Positions 14,901-27,823 of a stretch of DNA of 64,000 bases are shown piece after piece. The stretch is taken from NCBI RefSeq assembly GCF_009914755.1, contig NC_060937.1, one strand, 5' to 3'. Source of the stretch: the human T2T-CHM13v2.0 reference genome, Homo sapiens. A model generated the notes under the pieces. That model ran no database searches and had not been told where the DNA came from. It worked only from the letters and a program-made list of their open reading frames with translations. Made by a program: the position numbers and the translations under genes. Numbering within the stretch: the stretch's first letter is position 1; each line of letters opens with the position of its first letter.

Positions 14901-15663
14901 AGAACTTCCCAATTTGTAGGTCTGCCCGGATAATGACCTTCAGCCCTCAGCTACAAGCCATCCAGCACCCCCACCCAGGGGCATCAAGCAAACACCATCC
15001 TCTACTGAGGAGCTTTTTCTTTCATTATGTGGGTTTAACCCAAGTCCCCTGATTGATGTGATGTACATCTGCTCTTAGTTCTGTCTTCATATTTATACCA
15101 TGCTTTCCGGTTTGAGGGTGATAATCTTCTACTATATCACCTGTATTTCTTCTAACAGCCAGGCAGTGACACTGTGTCCCAGTGGTTACCTTTATACCTT
15201 CACTTCATAAAACATATCATCTTCTTCTTTGGATGGTATCAATACTCTAATCTGGGCAATAATAATTATTGTCCTCCTTCCTTTTGCCATCTGATTTTAG
15301 AAACATTCTATTCATATCTCTAACATCTTTCAACCTATGTATACCTGTTTTACTTCATTTATGAGCTTTAAACAATATCTTTTGATGCTTGGTTACAAAA
15401 GATAAATAACAATATTTACACTACTTCCCATCTTTTCCCCACCAACTTTTGTCTTTTATTTCTTTACACAAATTTTTAAAATATACTATTTTACTGTCGT
15501 GTAACACATATAAAAAAGTATAAAAACTCATACATGAACAGCTTAATAAGTTATCACAAGATGAATATGCGCATGTCACCCCCATGCAGATGCAAGCGAG
15601 GGCATCTCAGCACCCAGATGTTCCTGTGGCCCCTTCCAATGACCACCTCTCCCCCCAGAGGAG

Positions 15664-17334
15664 CCCTGGCTATGGGAACAGGGCCTGGTGTGTCTGAGAC
15701 ACCCTGGCTATGGGAACGGGGCCTGGTGTGCCTGAGACGCTCTGGCTATGGGAACGGGGCCTGGTGTCCCTGAGATGCTCTGGCTATGGGAACGGGGCCT
15801 GGTATGCCTGAGACACCCTGGCTATGGGAATGGGGCCTGGTATCCCTAAGACGCTCTAGCTATGGGAACATGGCCTGGTGTCCCTGAGACGCTCTAGCTA
15901 TGGGAACATGGCCTGGTGTGCCTGAGACGCTCTGGCTATGGGAACATGGCCTGGTGTGCCTGAAACACTTTAGCTTTGGGAACAGGCCTGGTGTCCCTGA
16001 GACACTCTAGCTTTGGGAACGGGGCCTGATGTCCCTGAGACACTCTAGCTATGGGAACGGGGCCTGGTGTGCCTGAGACACTCTAGCTTTGGGAACGGGG
16101 CCTGGTGTCCTTGAGACTCTCTAGCTATGGGAACGGGGCCTGGTGTGCCTGAGACACTCTAGCTTTGGGAACAGGGCCTGGTATCCCTGAGACGCTCTGG
16201 CTTTGGGAACGGGGCCTGGTGTGCCTGAGACACTCTGGCTTTGGGAACGGGGCCTGGTGTGCCTGAGACACTCTAGCTTTGGGAACGGGGCCTGGTGTCC
16301 CTGAGACGCTCTAGCTCTGGGAACGGGGGCTGGTGGCCTGAGACACTCTAGCTTTGGGAACAGGGCCTGGTGTGCCTGAGACGCTCTAGCTATGGGAACG
16401 AGGCCTGGTGTCCCTGAAACGCTCTAGCTATAGGAACATGGCCTGGTATGCCTGAGACGCTCTGGCTATGGGAACAGGGCCTGGTGTCCCTGAGACGCTC
16501 TGGCTATGGGAACGTGGCCTGGTGTCCCTGAGACACTCTGGCTATGGGAACATGGCCTGGTGTGCCTGAGACACTCTAGCTTTGGGAACAGGGCCTGGTG
16601 TCCCTGAGACGCTCTAGCTATGGGAATGGGACCTGGTGTGCCTGAGACACTCTACCTTTGGGAACAGGGCCTGGTGTCCCTGAAACGCTCTAGCTATAGG
16701 AACATGGCCTGGTGTGCCTGAGATGCTCTGGCTATGGGAACAGGGCCTGGTGTCCCTGAGACGCTCTGGCTATGGGAACGTGGCCTGGTGTCCCTGAGAC
16801 ACTCTGGCTATGGGAACGTGGCCTGGTGTCCCTGAGACACTCTGGCTATGGGAACATGGCCTGGTGTGCCTGAGACACTCTAGCTTTGGGAACAGGGCCT
16901 GGTGTGCCTGAGATGCTCTAGCTATGGGAACAGGGCCTGGTATCCCTCAGACGCTCTAGCTATAGGAACATGGCCTGGTGTGCCTGAGACACTCTGGCTA
17001 TAGGAATGGGGCCTGGTGTCCCTGAGACGTTCTGGCTATGGGAACATGGCCTGGTGTCCCTGAGATGCTCTGGCTATGGAAACATGGCCTGGTGTGCCTG
17101 AGACACTCTAGCTTTGGGAACAGGGCCTGGTGTCCCTGAGACACTCTAGCTTTGGGAATGGGGCCTGGTGTCCCTGAGACACTCTAGCTATGGGAACGGG
17201 GCCTGGTGTGCCTGAGACACTCTAGCTTTGGGAACAGGGCCTGGTGTGCCTGAGACGCTCTAGGTATGGGAACGGGGCCTGGTGTGCCTGAGACGCTCTA
17301 GCTATGGGAACGAGGCCTGGTGTGCCTGAGACAC
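15664..17334. repeat. 38-bp minisatellite, ~44 copies
   Basis: Unit CTGAGAC(A/G)CTCT(A/G)GCT(A/T)TGGGAAC(G/A)(G/T)GGCCTGGTGT(G/C)C; 38-bp spacing (15694, 15732...). Confidence 0.98.
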
Positions 17335-17789
17335 ACTTCCATTGGGCACTACACCTAGGAGAGAGAATGCTGGGTCAGAGTAGTCCTGAGTTCGGCACTG
17401 GTTCCTGCCTAACAGTATTCCAAAGTGGTTATTCCAGTTTATCCAGAACCAGCAGCGTAAGAGTCTTCTCACATCCTCACCAGCATTTGTTGGTGTATGC
17501 CTTTAAAATTTTAACATTAAACATCTAAACTTAGTATAGTAAAATAGTATATTTTGAGCTGTTTAAAATTAGCCAGTGCTGCCTACTTAGGCCCAGGCCC
17601 CACGGCTCTCAGCACCACAGGCCACGGAGCAACAGTCTCTACCTGTGGGCTTCTGGACCTTACCCTGTTCCAATTACTTGTCTTTCCTTGAGCCACACCA
17701 CTCTTTTAACTACTATGATCTTATTCGATAACTTAAGGACATACATGTACTCGACTATAAACTTATATCCATGGTGGCTGGACTAATCC

Positions 17790-18380
17790 ATGTTCCCTCC
17801 GCAGTGTGTGAGGGTTCCCTTTTCTTCACATCCTCGCCAGCATTTGTTCTTGCCTGACTTTTGGATAAAAGCCATTTTAACTGGGGTGGGATGATAGCTC
17901 ACTGTAGTTTTGATCTGCATTTCTTTGATAACCCATGATGTTGAGCACCTTTTCATAAGCCTTTTTGCCATTTGCATTGTCTTCTTTCGAGAAATGTCGA
18001 TTCAGATCCTTTTCCTTTCTTAACTGAATTACTAGAGTTTTTTCCTGTTGAGCTGTTTGGGCTCCTTATATATTCTGGTTATCAATCCCTCGCCAATGGG
18101 TAGTTTGCAGATATTTTCTCCCGTTCTCTGGGCTGCCTCTTCACTTTGTTGATTGTTTCCTTTGGGTGCTTGTTAAACTTGATTTGACCCCATTTGTCCA
18201 TTTTTGCTTTGGCTGCCAGTGCTTGCAGAGTATTACTCAAGACATTTTGCCCAGACCAATGTCCTAGAGTTTCCCCCCAGTGTTTTCCATTAGTATTTCC
18301 ATAATGTGAGGTCTTAGATTTAAGTCTTTAATCCATTTTGATTTGATTTTTGTACATGGCAAGAGACAGGGGTCTAGTTT
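17790..18380 (-). mobile_element. L1 (L1MA/PB-type) ORF2 C-terminal fragment
   Basis: ORF 17783-17977 ([48 protein letters not shown]) is the L1 ORF2p C-terminal region. Confidence 0.9.
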
Positions 18381-19819
18381 CTACACAACCAGACTTTTGT
18401 AACAACAACAAAATGCCAGCTTTCCTTCCTTCTCTCTGTACTTCCTCTCAGCTCGTAGCCCTGGCTGGGACCATCAGTGCAGGAGCGTGTATGTCTCACT
18501 CTGTCTCAGGGATGTGCTTCCAATATTTCACCCCCAAGAATGATGTCTTATTATAAAATTATTCATGCAAACCTTTTTAATGGGTTTTACTTGGTATTAA
18601 ATGATATTTTCCATCTATTGAGATGATCATATAATTTTTCCCCTTCAGTTTATAAACATGAATTACAATATCTTTATTAGAATGATAACAGGGAGGGTTC
18701 TATTCTTGGAATAAGCTGAAACTTGTTTGTAACACATTATCATGTTGATCTATCAGTGTGATAATACTGTGGATTTCCCAATCCACGTTTACAAGGGAGA
18801 CTAGGACACAGAGAGCAACAAAAGCTAAACTACCCAAATGCTTTGTTTTGGCATCAGGTTACTATCTTAGATAACTATATTCAATTCTGTTTTATAAGTA
18901 AAAGCAATCCCTAAAAATTAAAAGCCAAAATGAAACCACTTAACCTAACTGTGCAGTGAGTTGGTGGGAGAGCCTTACGGGAGCACTTATTTCAAGGACA
19001 TTACCACATAGAATTTGAATGCATCTATTTAGTGGAAAAATTTTTGGCAAAAAATTTTTAAAAATTATTAGAATAAAAGAAGAAATATTTTTTCCCTCAA
19101 AAAAAACTGCAAAAAAAGTAAAACTATTTTCAAAACTATACTGTTCCCATATCAGCAGCAGCATTGAGATTCTTATTCTGAGACAGTCACGTGTATGGGT
19201 GCATGCATGGATGCATTATCGTAAGATGGCAAATAATTAAGTACGATCATGTTAGAAACCAATGTTTTCAACACTGGAGATATATTGATAAAAAATGAAA
19301 CAAGTAAAAGTCCTTTAATCCTACATTTGAATTGGAAATATCACTATAAATTGATATTTATAGCGTGTGAGAAGAAAAGTGGAAAGAAACAGAAGAGCCA
19401 TGAGGAGGAAGAGAAGGGCCCTTTGGAGTCCCCCACACAATGGCAGCATAAGAACATGGTGGCACCAGGGGGTGCAGCAGGCGGGCGCCGCTTCGGTCCC
19501 AGCACACACCCAGGGCTCTGTCATCTTTCCAGGAGGCGACTTGCATGATCTCTTCAGAACTTTCAGGGGACCTCAGGTCGAAATGATGGCTTTGAAGATT
19601 ATCTTGCCTTTTAAACTTAAATAACTTCTCAGATATGGTTTTAGCTTTTGTGTCTCTTCCTGCATCCTTAAGCAAGTCTGAATGGAATATCCTGAATCAG
19701 CGAGGACTTGGCCTATGCATCTGTCCCACTCACTGTGACGGCTAACTGCCCAAGAGAACCTTCCACTCCCACACGGCCAGCGGACACGCCATTAGCACAG
19801 GCTTAAAATCCGAAGGAGT

Positions 19820-20195
<376 letters not shown>

Positions 20196-20679
20196 TTACA
20201 AATGGCAGTGGCCAGCATGCACTTGAATGCCTACTAAATAAGCGTCATATATCATCACACATAGATAAGTGACTCTGTGAGGTCATATTCCTTATCACCC
20301 ATTTTACAAATAAGGAAACGACATCTTGGAGGGGTGAGCCACCCAAAGGCGCAAAGCCAGTAAGTTATAGAGTTAGGTAGAATCGTGAGTATATCCGACT
20401 TTAAGTTATCCATAGGGTTGCCTGGACAAGGCCCAGGAGCTTCTGTGTGCCAACTCTACAACACTTCAGAATTACCAAAATTCGCTTTGAATGATGAGAG
20501 CCCTTAGCGATACAAATGTTTCCAAAAAATACCAAAGAAATAACTTGTGCACCCAGTGGTTGAGGACTCTCTAAGCTACATATGGTCCTCTAACACAGGT
20601 TTTAAGAGAAACAATACTCAAAAGTAAAACTAACCAAACTGTATTGACTGAATAATGTCTTTGACAATCCCAAGAGTTA

Positions 20680-21019
20680 GTACCATCATATGACATTAAA
20701 GACAGACACATGCTGAGAAACGCATCGTTAGGTGATTTTGTCCCTATGTGAACATCGCTGAGTGCCTTACAGAAACCTCAGTGGTACAGCTGACTACACC
20801 CTGGCTATATGGCACAGCCTATGCTCCTAGGCTACAAATCTGGGCAGCGTGTGACTGTATTAAATGCTGTAGGCAACTGTAACACAATGGTAAGTATTGT
20901 GTATCTAACATATCTAACATAGAAAAGGTACAGTGAAAATATGGCATTATAATTTTATGGGACTACTGTCATATATGCAGTCTGTCATTGACCAAAACAT
21001 CATGTGGTACATGACTGTA
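20680..21019. mobile_element. Tigger3a-like MITE
   Basis: ctgagaaacgcatcgttagg...ctcctaggctacaaa...gtaacacaatggtaagtatt...catgactgta. Confidence 0.75.
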
Positions 21020-21282
21020 TCCTGAAAAAGTAAAAGATTAAACAGATTATAGTAAATAAAAGAAATCCCATAAACAGCCAAACTTGCTTAATAAATCTGA
21101 AAATAACCGTTAAGTACAGAAATTTGGTTCATGTACATATACATGTACACACACACACACATGCATGTACCTGTAAACACACATATATGCAAAGCACACA
21201 CACAAACACATACACATGCATATATACCTATACATATTATATATACATATATACTTGCATTACAGGTATATAAACATACATA

Positions 21283-21773
21283 TAAGGTCTCCAACTTAAG
21301 ATCGTTTGACTTAAGATTTTTTCTACTTTAACGATGGGTTTATTGGGGTACAGGTTGAGTATCCTTTATCTGAAATGCTTGGGACTAGAAGTATTTTGAA
21401 TTTCAGATTTTGCAGTATTTGCATATACATAACGAGGTATCTCGGAGAGGGGATGCAAGTCTACACATGAAATTCATTTATGCTTCATACACACCTTAAA
21501 TACATAGTAGCCTGAAGGTAATTTTATATATTTTTTATAATTTTCTGCAGGAAACAAAGTTTGTGTACAATAAGCCATCAGAAAGCAAAGGAGTCAGGTG
21601 TGGAATTTCCCACTTGTGACGTCATGTCAGTGATGAAAAAGTTTCGGGTTTAGGAGCATTTCGTATTTTGTATTTCAGATTAGGGATGCTCCATCTATAT
21701 TATATTAAATGCACTTTCAGTGTAGAATGTGCTCATTGGGACATAAGACTGCTCTAAGTTGAGGAGCACCTGT
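21283..21773. mobile_element. Nested DNA transposons: Tigger4b-like (21350-21697) inserted at a TA within a MER47-like MITE
   Basis: caggttgagtatcc...gggatgctccatcta TIRs; outer pieces gacttaagattttttctactttaacgatgggtttattggggta and ttaaatgca...taagttgaggagcacctg. Confidence 0.65.
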
Positions 21774-21941
21774 AGATGCACACGTTTGCAAAATGCAGCA
21801 TGGTGCACGATCCACAAGCTTCAAACACAGAGTGATGCAGAGCGGAGGCAGCTGTGGAGATTCCGACGGGTGACATCGGCATTGTGGCACTCAGTAATGA
21901 AAACGGGCAGGAGACTTGTAATTCTCATGAATGCTGCTGTT

Positions 21942-21951
21942 TTTATTTATT
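21942..21951 (-). terminator. Intronic poly(A) signal (overlapping AATAAA x2) for the alternative last exon
   Basis: tttatttatt on + strand, ~75 nt after the VEMCLYCV stop. Confidence 0.6.
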
Positions 21952-22024
21952 TTGTGAAACAGGATGATGATGCCAGTGAGGGTGGCCCCTCCCTCTTTAC
22001 AACTGTCAGTGATTTCTCGGGACT

Positions 22025-22051
22025 TCAAACGCAGTATAGGCACATCTCAAC
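22025..22051 (-). CDS. TUBGCP3: Alternative terminal exon, coding part (VEMCLYCV*) of a short GCP3 isoform
   Basis: agacag|GTTGAGATGTGCCTATACTGCGTTTGA lies 108 nt after the exon-20 donor, in frame; AATAAATAAA at 21942-21951; agrees with my unverified recall of a short annotated isoform. Confidence 0.7.
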   Translation of the reverse strand, partial: VEMCLYCV

Positions 22052-22159
22052 CTGTCTGACAATTTTGGCAAGAAAGTTATTTGTTGGCATTTGAGATTAT
22101 CGTGTGTGGCAAGGAGTTCATTATTCAAATAGATAAATTCACAAGTGTAAAGACCATAC

Positions 22160-22300
22160 CTCAATTTCACGCTGTTTCTTTTTCTCTTCAAACTGTAATC
22201 GTCTCTGCAATTCTTCCAGAGCAGCTCTGTATATTGCATCTTGAGCATTCTGAAGTTCAATAATTTGATCAAACACAGCTCTAAGTTGATTTAAAAGTGC
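22160..22300 (-). CDS. TUBGCP3: GCP3 exon ~20 ([47 protein letters not shown])
   Basis: tttcag|GCA...GAG|gtatgg; 141 nt, phase 0-0. Confidence 0.97.
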
Positions 22301-25300
22301 CTGAAAGAGATGACAATGTTTTATGAATAGAGCCTCAACCAGCTAAGTTTCTTAAACAAAACATTGATATTTAGTGAAAAGATATTAGAAAACAAGATAT
22401 CAACTGAAATTCCCAAAGTGTTCATTAGCTGTTCATTCATTCCCTCACCACACATTTCCTGAACCCTCCTGCTGAGCAGCGCTGTGCTGGGCACCAGCAA
22501 AACGTGACCATCCTGCACCTGCACCCGTAACAAGAGCAATCGTGACTGCCCAAGTCCCACGGCGGGCCAGGAGCTCTCTGCAAATCACCTCCAATCCTCA
22601 CAAGTTTACAAAAATGAAGTTCTGCCCAAATTTCAAAGCTAGATAGCAGGTAGTAATGAGTAGAACTATTCCAAGATTGAAAAAAGAATAGGAAAGCATC
22701 TCCATTTTTTTTTTTAGATATAGCAAAAGCAGGTAATCAAAAATATGAGAAAGGAAATACTTAGTAAAATATAAAAAGCAAATTCAGCAAGGTTTTTAAA
22801 AAATGTATCATAGTTTATACCAGAAATAAAAGGATACCTTAACATGAGGAAAAAACTCCTAATGTTTTAAACAAATATCAGTGTCACAGCAGGTATCTTC
22901 CGTTCATTGCTTATAACTACTGCCCAGTAATCTTCAGTAAACAACTACTGTACCTCATTAATCTTTCTCCTATTGTGGCATGGAAGGACACAATGAAATC
23001 TACAGCACAAAATCATTTACATAAATTAAAAATGTATACACAGAAAATACCATCTATATACCCAAGGCCATAGAGCAAATACATTAAAGCTGATGCAAAC
23101 AGCAGGGAAGGGGGTACAGGCAGAGGAGGGTGGAATTGGGGTATTGGCAGGGAAGGGGATAAAATTAAACCCAACAAAATATGAGAGGCTTTTCACGGAC
23201 CACTGATGGCAGTGTGCTATGACTGAAGAGAAAGGTTAACTCTACCCTCTGCCATCTTAGGTTTGAAAAAACACACTAACAGTCTGAGGGCTGAGCGGGG
23301 GTTAATTTCAATAGTGCAGAAGAAAATTGTGATAAAATTCAACACCCACTCATAATTTAAATAAGGCATCTAAGCAAACTAGGACTAGGGCAGAACCCTC
23401 TTAGCTTGACAAGGGTCCTATCAGATGTCTTTGCAAACAAAACAGCCAACAATGAAGCAACAAAGCATCATTTTAACGTCAGGAATAAGACTGGGATTCC
23501 CTTTGTGCTTAGAGTCAGCCTAGCTAACACTCCGAAGCGTGAAAAAGAAGCAAAGGCAGACTGTGTGAAATGAAAGAAACAAAACTGGTTTTACTGATAA
23601 AAAATATGCGCCAAGAAAATATTAGACTAGAAAAATTAGAGATCGAAATAACAAAATCAATACCATTTCAGACCAGCCAAATTTCTCAAATGTAGCAATA
23701 ATGTAACAAAAGATTTGCAAGTTTATAGGAGAAAAATGACACAACTGTACTTGAGAAGCATAAAAGAAACCGAGATAACAGGAGAGGTTCCAAGCCTGTG
23801 GTTGGGAAGACACAATACAGTTGATTTGGGGAGAAACTAAGATGTTGAGTTAACTCTATTTTTAACACAACTTTACAGTTAATGAAGACATTTGCAAAGC
23901 CACTTCTCATCACCCATTGTCTAATGGACTAATACTATTCTGCAAAAATATTTTCCGTTATGAAAGCATGGCGATGCTTCGGTTCAAAATTCATTTGCTA
24001 AGTCACAGCAGCACCGTTCAGAGTTGAACTGATGTCTGATCTCAAGTGAGACAAAGCTGAAATGAGTATTTGCTGAATGGGTTTTGGAACAAACTGATGC
24101 AGGAGAACTTGGTATTCGGCAGTGAACAGCCCATGCTCTCTTTCACTTACTACAATGCACTTATGCAACCAGGTCTTCAGATTACATGGCAACAAAAACA
24201 ATGTGGACTGATTTGGCAAATGATAGAAGGATGTGATCAGGGGATGCTGTTCCTAACATAAAACCACCACGTGATTAATGCGGCAAACACATCTTCCATC
24301 TTACAAGTTCTCATCTTAGAGCTGTTCTGTCCTTTTGACAGGGTCTTAAATAAGCAACATAAAAGATACAGACGGTTTAATCTGTTGTTTTTAGTAAAGA
24401 TTTATCTAATTTGTTTCTTTATGTAGTCTAATAAAGAATAATTTATTATGTTTGGAAGAGTTAATCCATCTACAAGGTGACCCACTGACATTGACTTCAA
24501 GCTCAGGCTGCCAGGCAGGGCTCTGCTGGCAATCTGTCCACACAGGGCACCTGCAGGAGGCCATTCTTTGGCAACATCAGTGGTACCAATTCACTCTGCA
24601 ATTCACAATTTCTCTCAACAATGTGCAAACAAAAAAACACAAAAACATGCACAGCCTCCAGCTTCAAGATTATATGTATCAGAACCGCCTTGGTTTTCTT
24701 AGTGAGTGACCTAATAAAAATGTTATACTTAAAATTGCTTATGTCAATAATAGATTGTTTTAATCTGCTTTACATACTGGGTTTATTTATTTTTTTTTAA
24801 AGCTCATTTTAAACAAATCATCAAATTAAAGAGTAAAGCCATCAGCAAAGGCAAGTTCAGAAATGACCATGAAGCCTCCGGCATGACACCTTCAACGACG
24901 TCAGGTGGGACCAACGCACACGTGAAGACCCCGCTTCCCACTTTCACAAGGGCACTGTGCTACAGGTGGGAAGATTTTCTCCCCCGGATAGGGTTCTTAC
25001 CAGTGGAAATCATCTAGGGGCAAAAGCTATGACAATTTATCTCGTACAGAAGGTTCACATCTGTAAGTGGACTAAGTCTCCTACATTCTCCGTAAGCTGT
25101 GTGGAGTGTTACTTATTTGCCACAACTGGACTGATATCAGTATGGGTATAGTCCTCAGTAGTTCAAACATTTTCTGAAATGCATGAAATCTAGTGACTGT
25201 AAACACCTCTGTAAAACACACACACCGGCACAAAATAGCAACTAACACCTATCTGCCAGCCACTATGGTCAACATTATACTTGAATTATACAATTCTTAC

Positions 25301-25570
25301 AAATCTGTTGAAGAGACTAGGACCATGCCCTTTTAAAACAGAACACTGGAGTCAAAAGCTATGAAGTGAAACTCCACCCTCGGTCTACCTGGCTGCAGAG
25401 CCTGTGTCTGTCTTGCCATGCGACTGCACCGTGAGACAGGCCGTGCTGGCCAACAGCACACGGGTCTAGGAACAGAGAGCTATTTGTTACACTGACTTCC
25501 TAAACGTGTGCGGACAATGCTTGTCGGCATCTGCTGAATACAGAGAGGCAACGGCTGGCAGGCAGCATGA

Positions 25571-25958
<388 letters not shown>

Positions 25959-26467
25959 TGTATATTTCTTTAATTATTAATTATCCTCAAAGTATTTTAA
26001 ACTATTTTTCTGACATAATTTCCACATATTTATAAAAACATGTAAAACACTCCATATAGAAGCAGCTTTGATCTTAACCATTTTTTGACATGATTGATAG
26101 TTCTTTAATAATGAAATTCATGGCTGGCTAACCTACATATACTAAAATTTAGATGAAGTAAAGGCCCTGAAGTGGCGTGTTTTCCACTGACAGGCCCTGA
26201 GGAGAGTGCAGGCCCAGCTGGAGGCAGCCCCTGCCAGTCGGAAACATCCGTGAAGTCTCGGAGTTCAGGTGAAAAATGCATTTGAAATTTGCCCCCTACT
26301 TCACAATATATTTGCTTCAAGTGAAAGCAATGTGGTTCCTTCTTGTCCCAGACCTCAGAATAAAAGGAGAACTCCAGGAAGATTTGCCACATGGAACGTG
26401 CAACTTTCAGAACATGGACCCTAAGGGAAAAGAATGTTCGCGAAAAATGTCATACATGTCACCATGG

Positions 26468-26887
<420 letters not shown>

Positions 26888-27145
26888 TAGAAAATGAAAA
26901 GGTATTATTATTTTCTACCATTTTTACATCCAGTTTAGAGTATATTCTTGTTTCAGCACTACTGCACTACTGTTCCAATTCTCTTCAGAAACTGTACCTT
27001 CAACAGTAAACTTTTAATAAAATTATCTGAATTATTACCAATGTGGCTGCATCAGGGCATTTCTAAGATTCCCCCATTTGACAGGAACCCAAGAAAAGAA
27101 GATGATTCTTTTGGTTTCTTGTTTCTAAGCAGGTCGGAGTCTTAC

Positions 27146-27277
27146 CCTGGAGTCACTGTCCAGCAGGCAGCGGGAGATGATGGTGTCTAAGAACACCTCG
27201 TGTGCAGCAATGATGTGATCCAAATCCTGGGCCTGCTGGACTTTGTTCCAAAGCTCATCCCAAGAACATTCAAGCAC
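27146..27277 (-). CDS. TUBGCP3: GCP3 exon ~19 ([44 protein letters not shown])
   Basis: tcccag|GTG...AGG|gtaaga; 132 nt, phase 0-0. Confidence 0.97.
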
Positions 27278-27359
27278 CTGGGAAACAACAATTTAAAGAC
27301 GCTAGATAAGCTCATGTCCTTCCTAGTGTAGCATCACTCATAAAATATATACCACCTAT

Positions 27360-27620
<261 letters not shown>

Positions 27621-27734
27621 TTATGTATATATACACATATATATACACACATACATACACATATATATATATACCATGTAAAAGCCAAGACATGACTTAT
27701 TTAAACTAAAATCAACACAATGACTGAAGTGTAC

Positions 27735-27823
27735 CTCAAATGTGATGTAATACTGCATCTGATGAATGAAATGGACCATCTCAGAGGCCAAAATGTGACA
27801 CTGGTGCAGCACCCCGGAGAACT
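27735..27823 (-). CDS. TUBGCP3: GCP3 exon ~18 ([30 protein letters not shown])
   Basis: ttgcag|AGT...GAG|gtacac; 89 nt, phase 1-0. Confidence 0.97.

Noticed and set aside
15664-17334. CRISPR-like appearance of the regular 38-bp array (likewise the 42- and 62-bp arrays)
   Set aside because: Units are contiguous with no unique spacers, there are no cas genes, and the context is human intronic DNA, so these are minisatellites
21617-21624. Isolated TGACGTCA sites (also 27839-27846)
   Set aside because: Single 8-mers are expected by chance in 64 kb; one lies in a Tigger4b fossil
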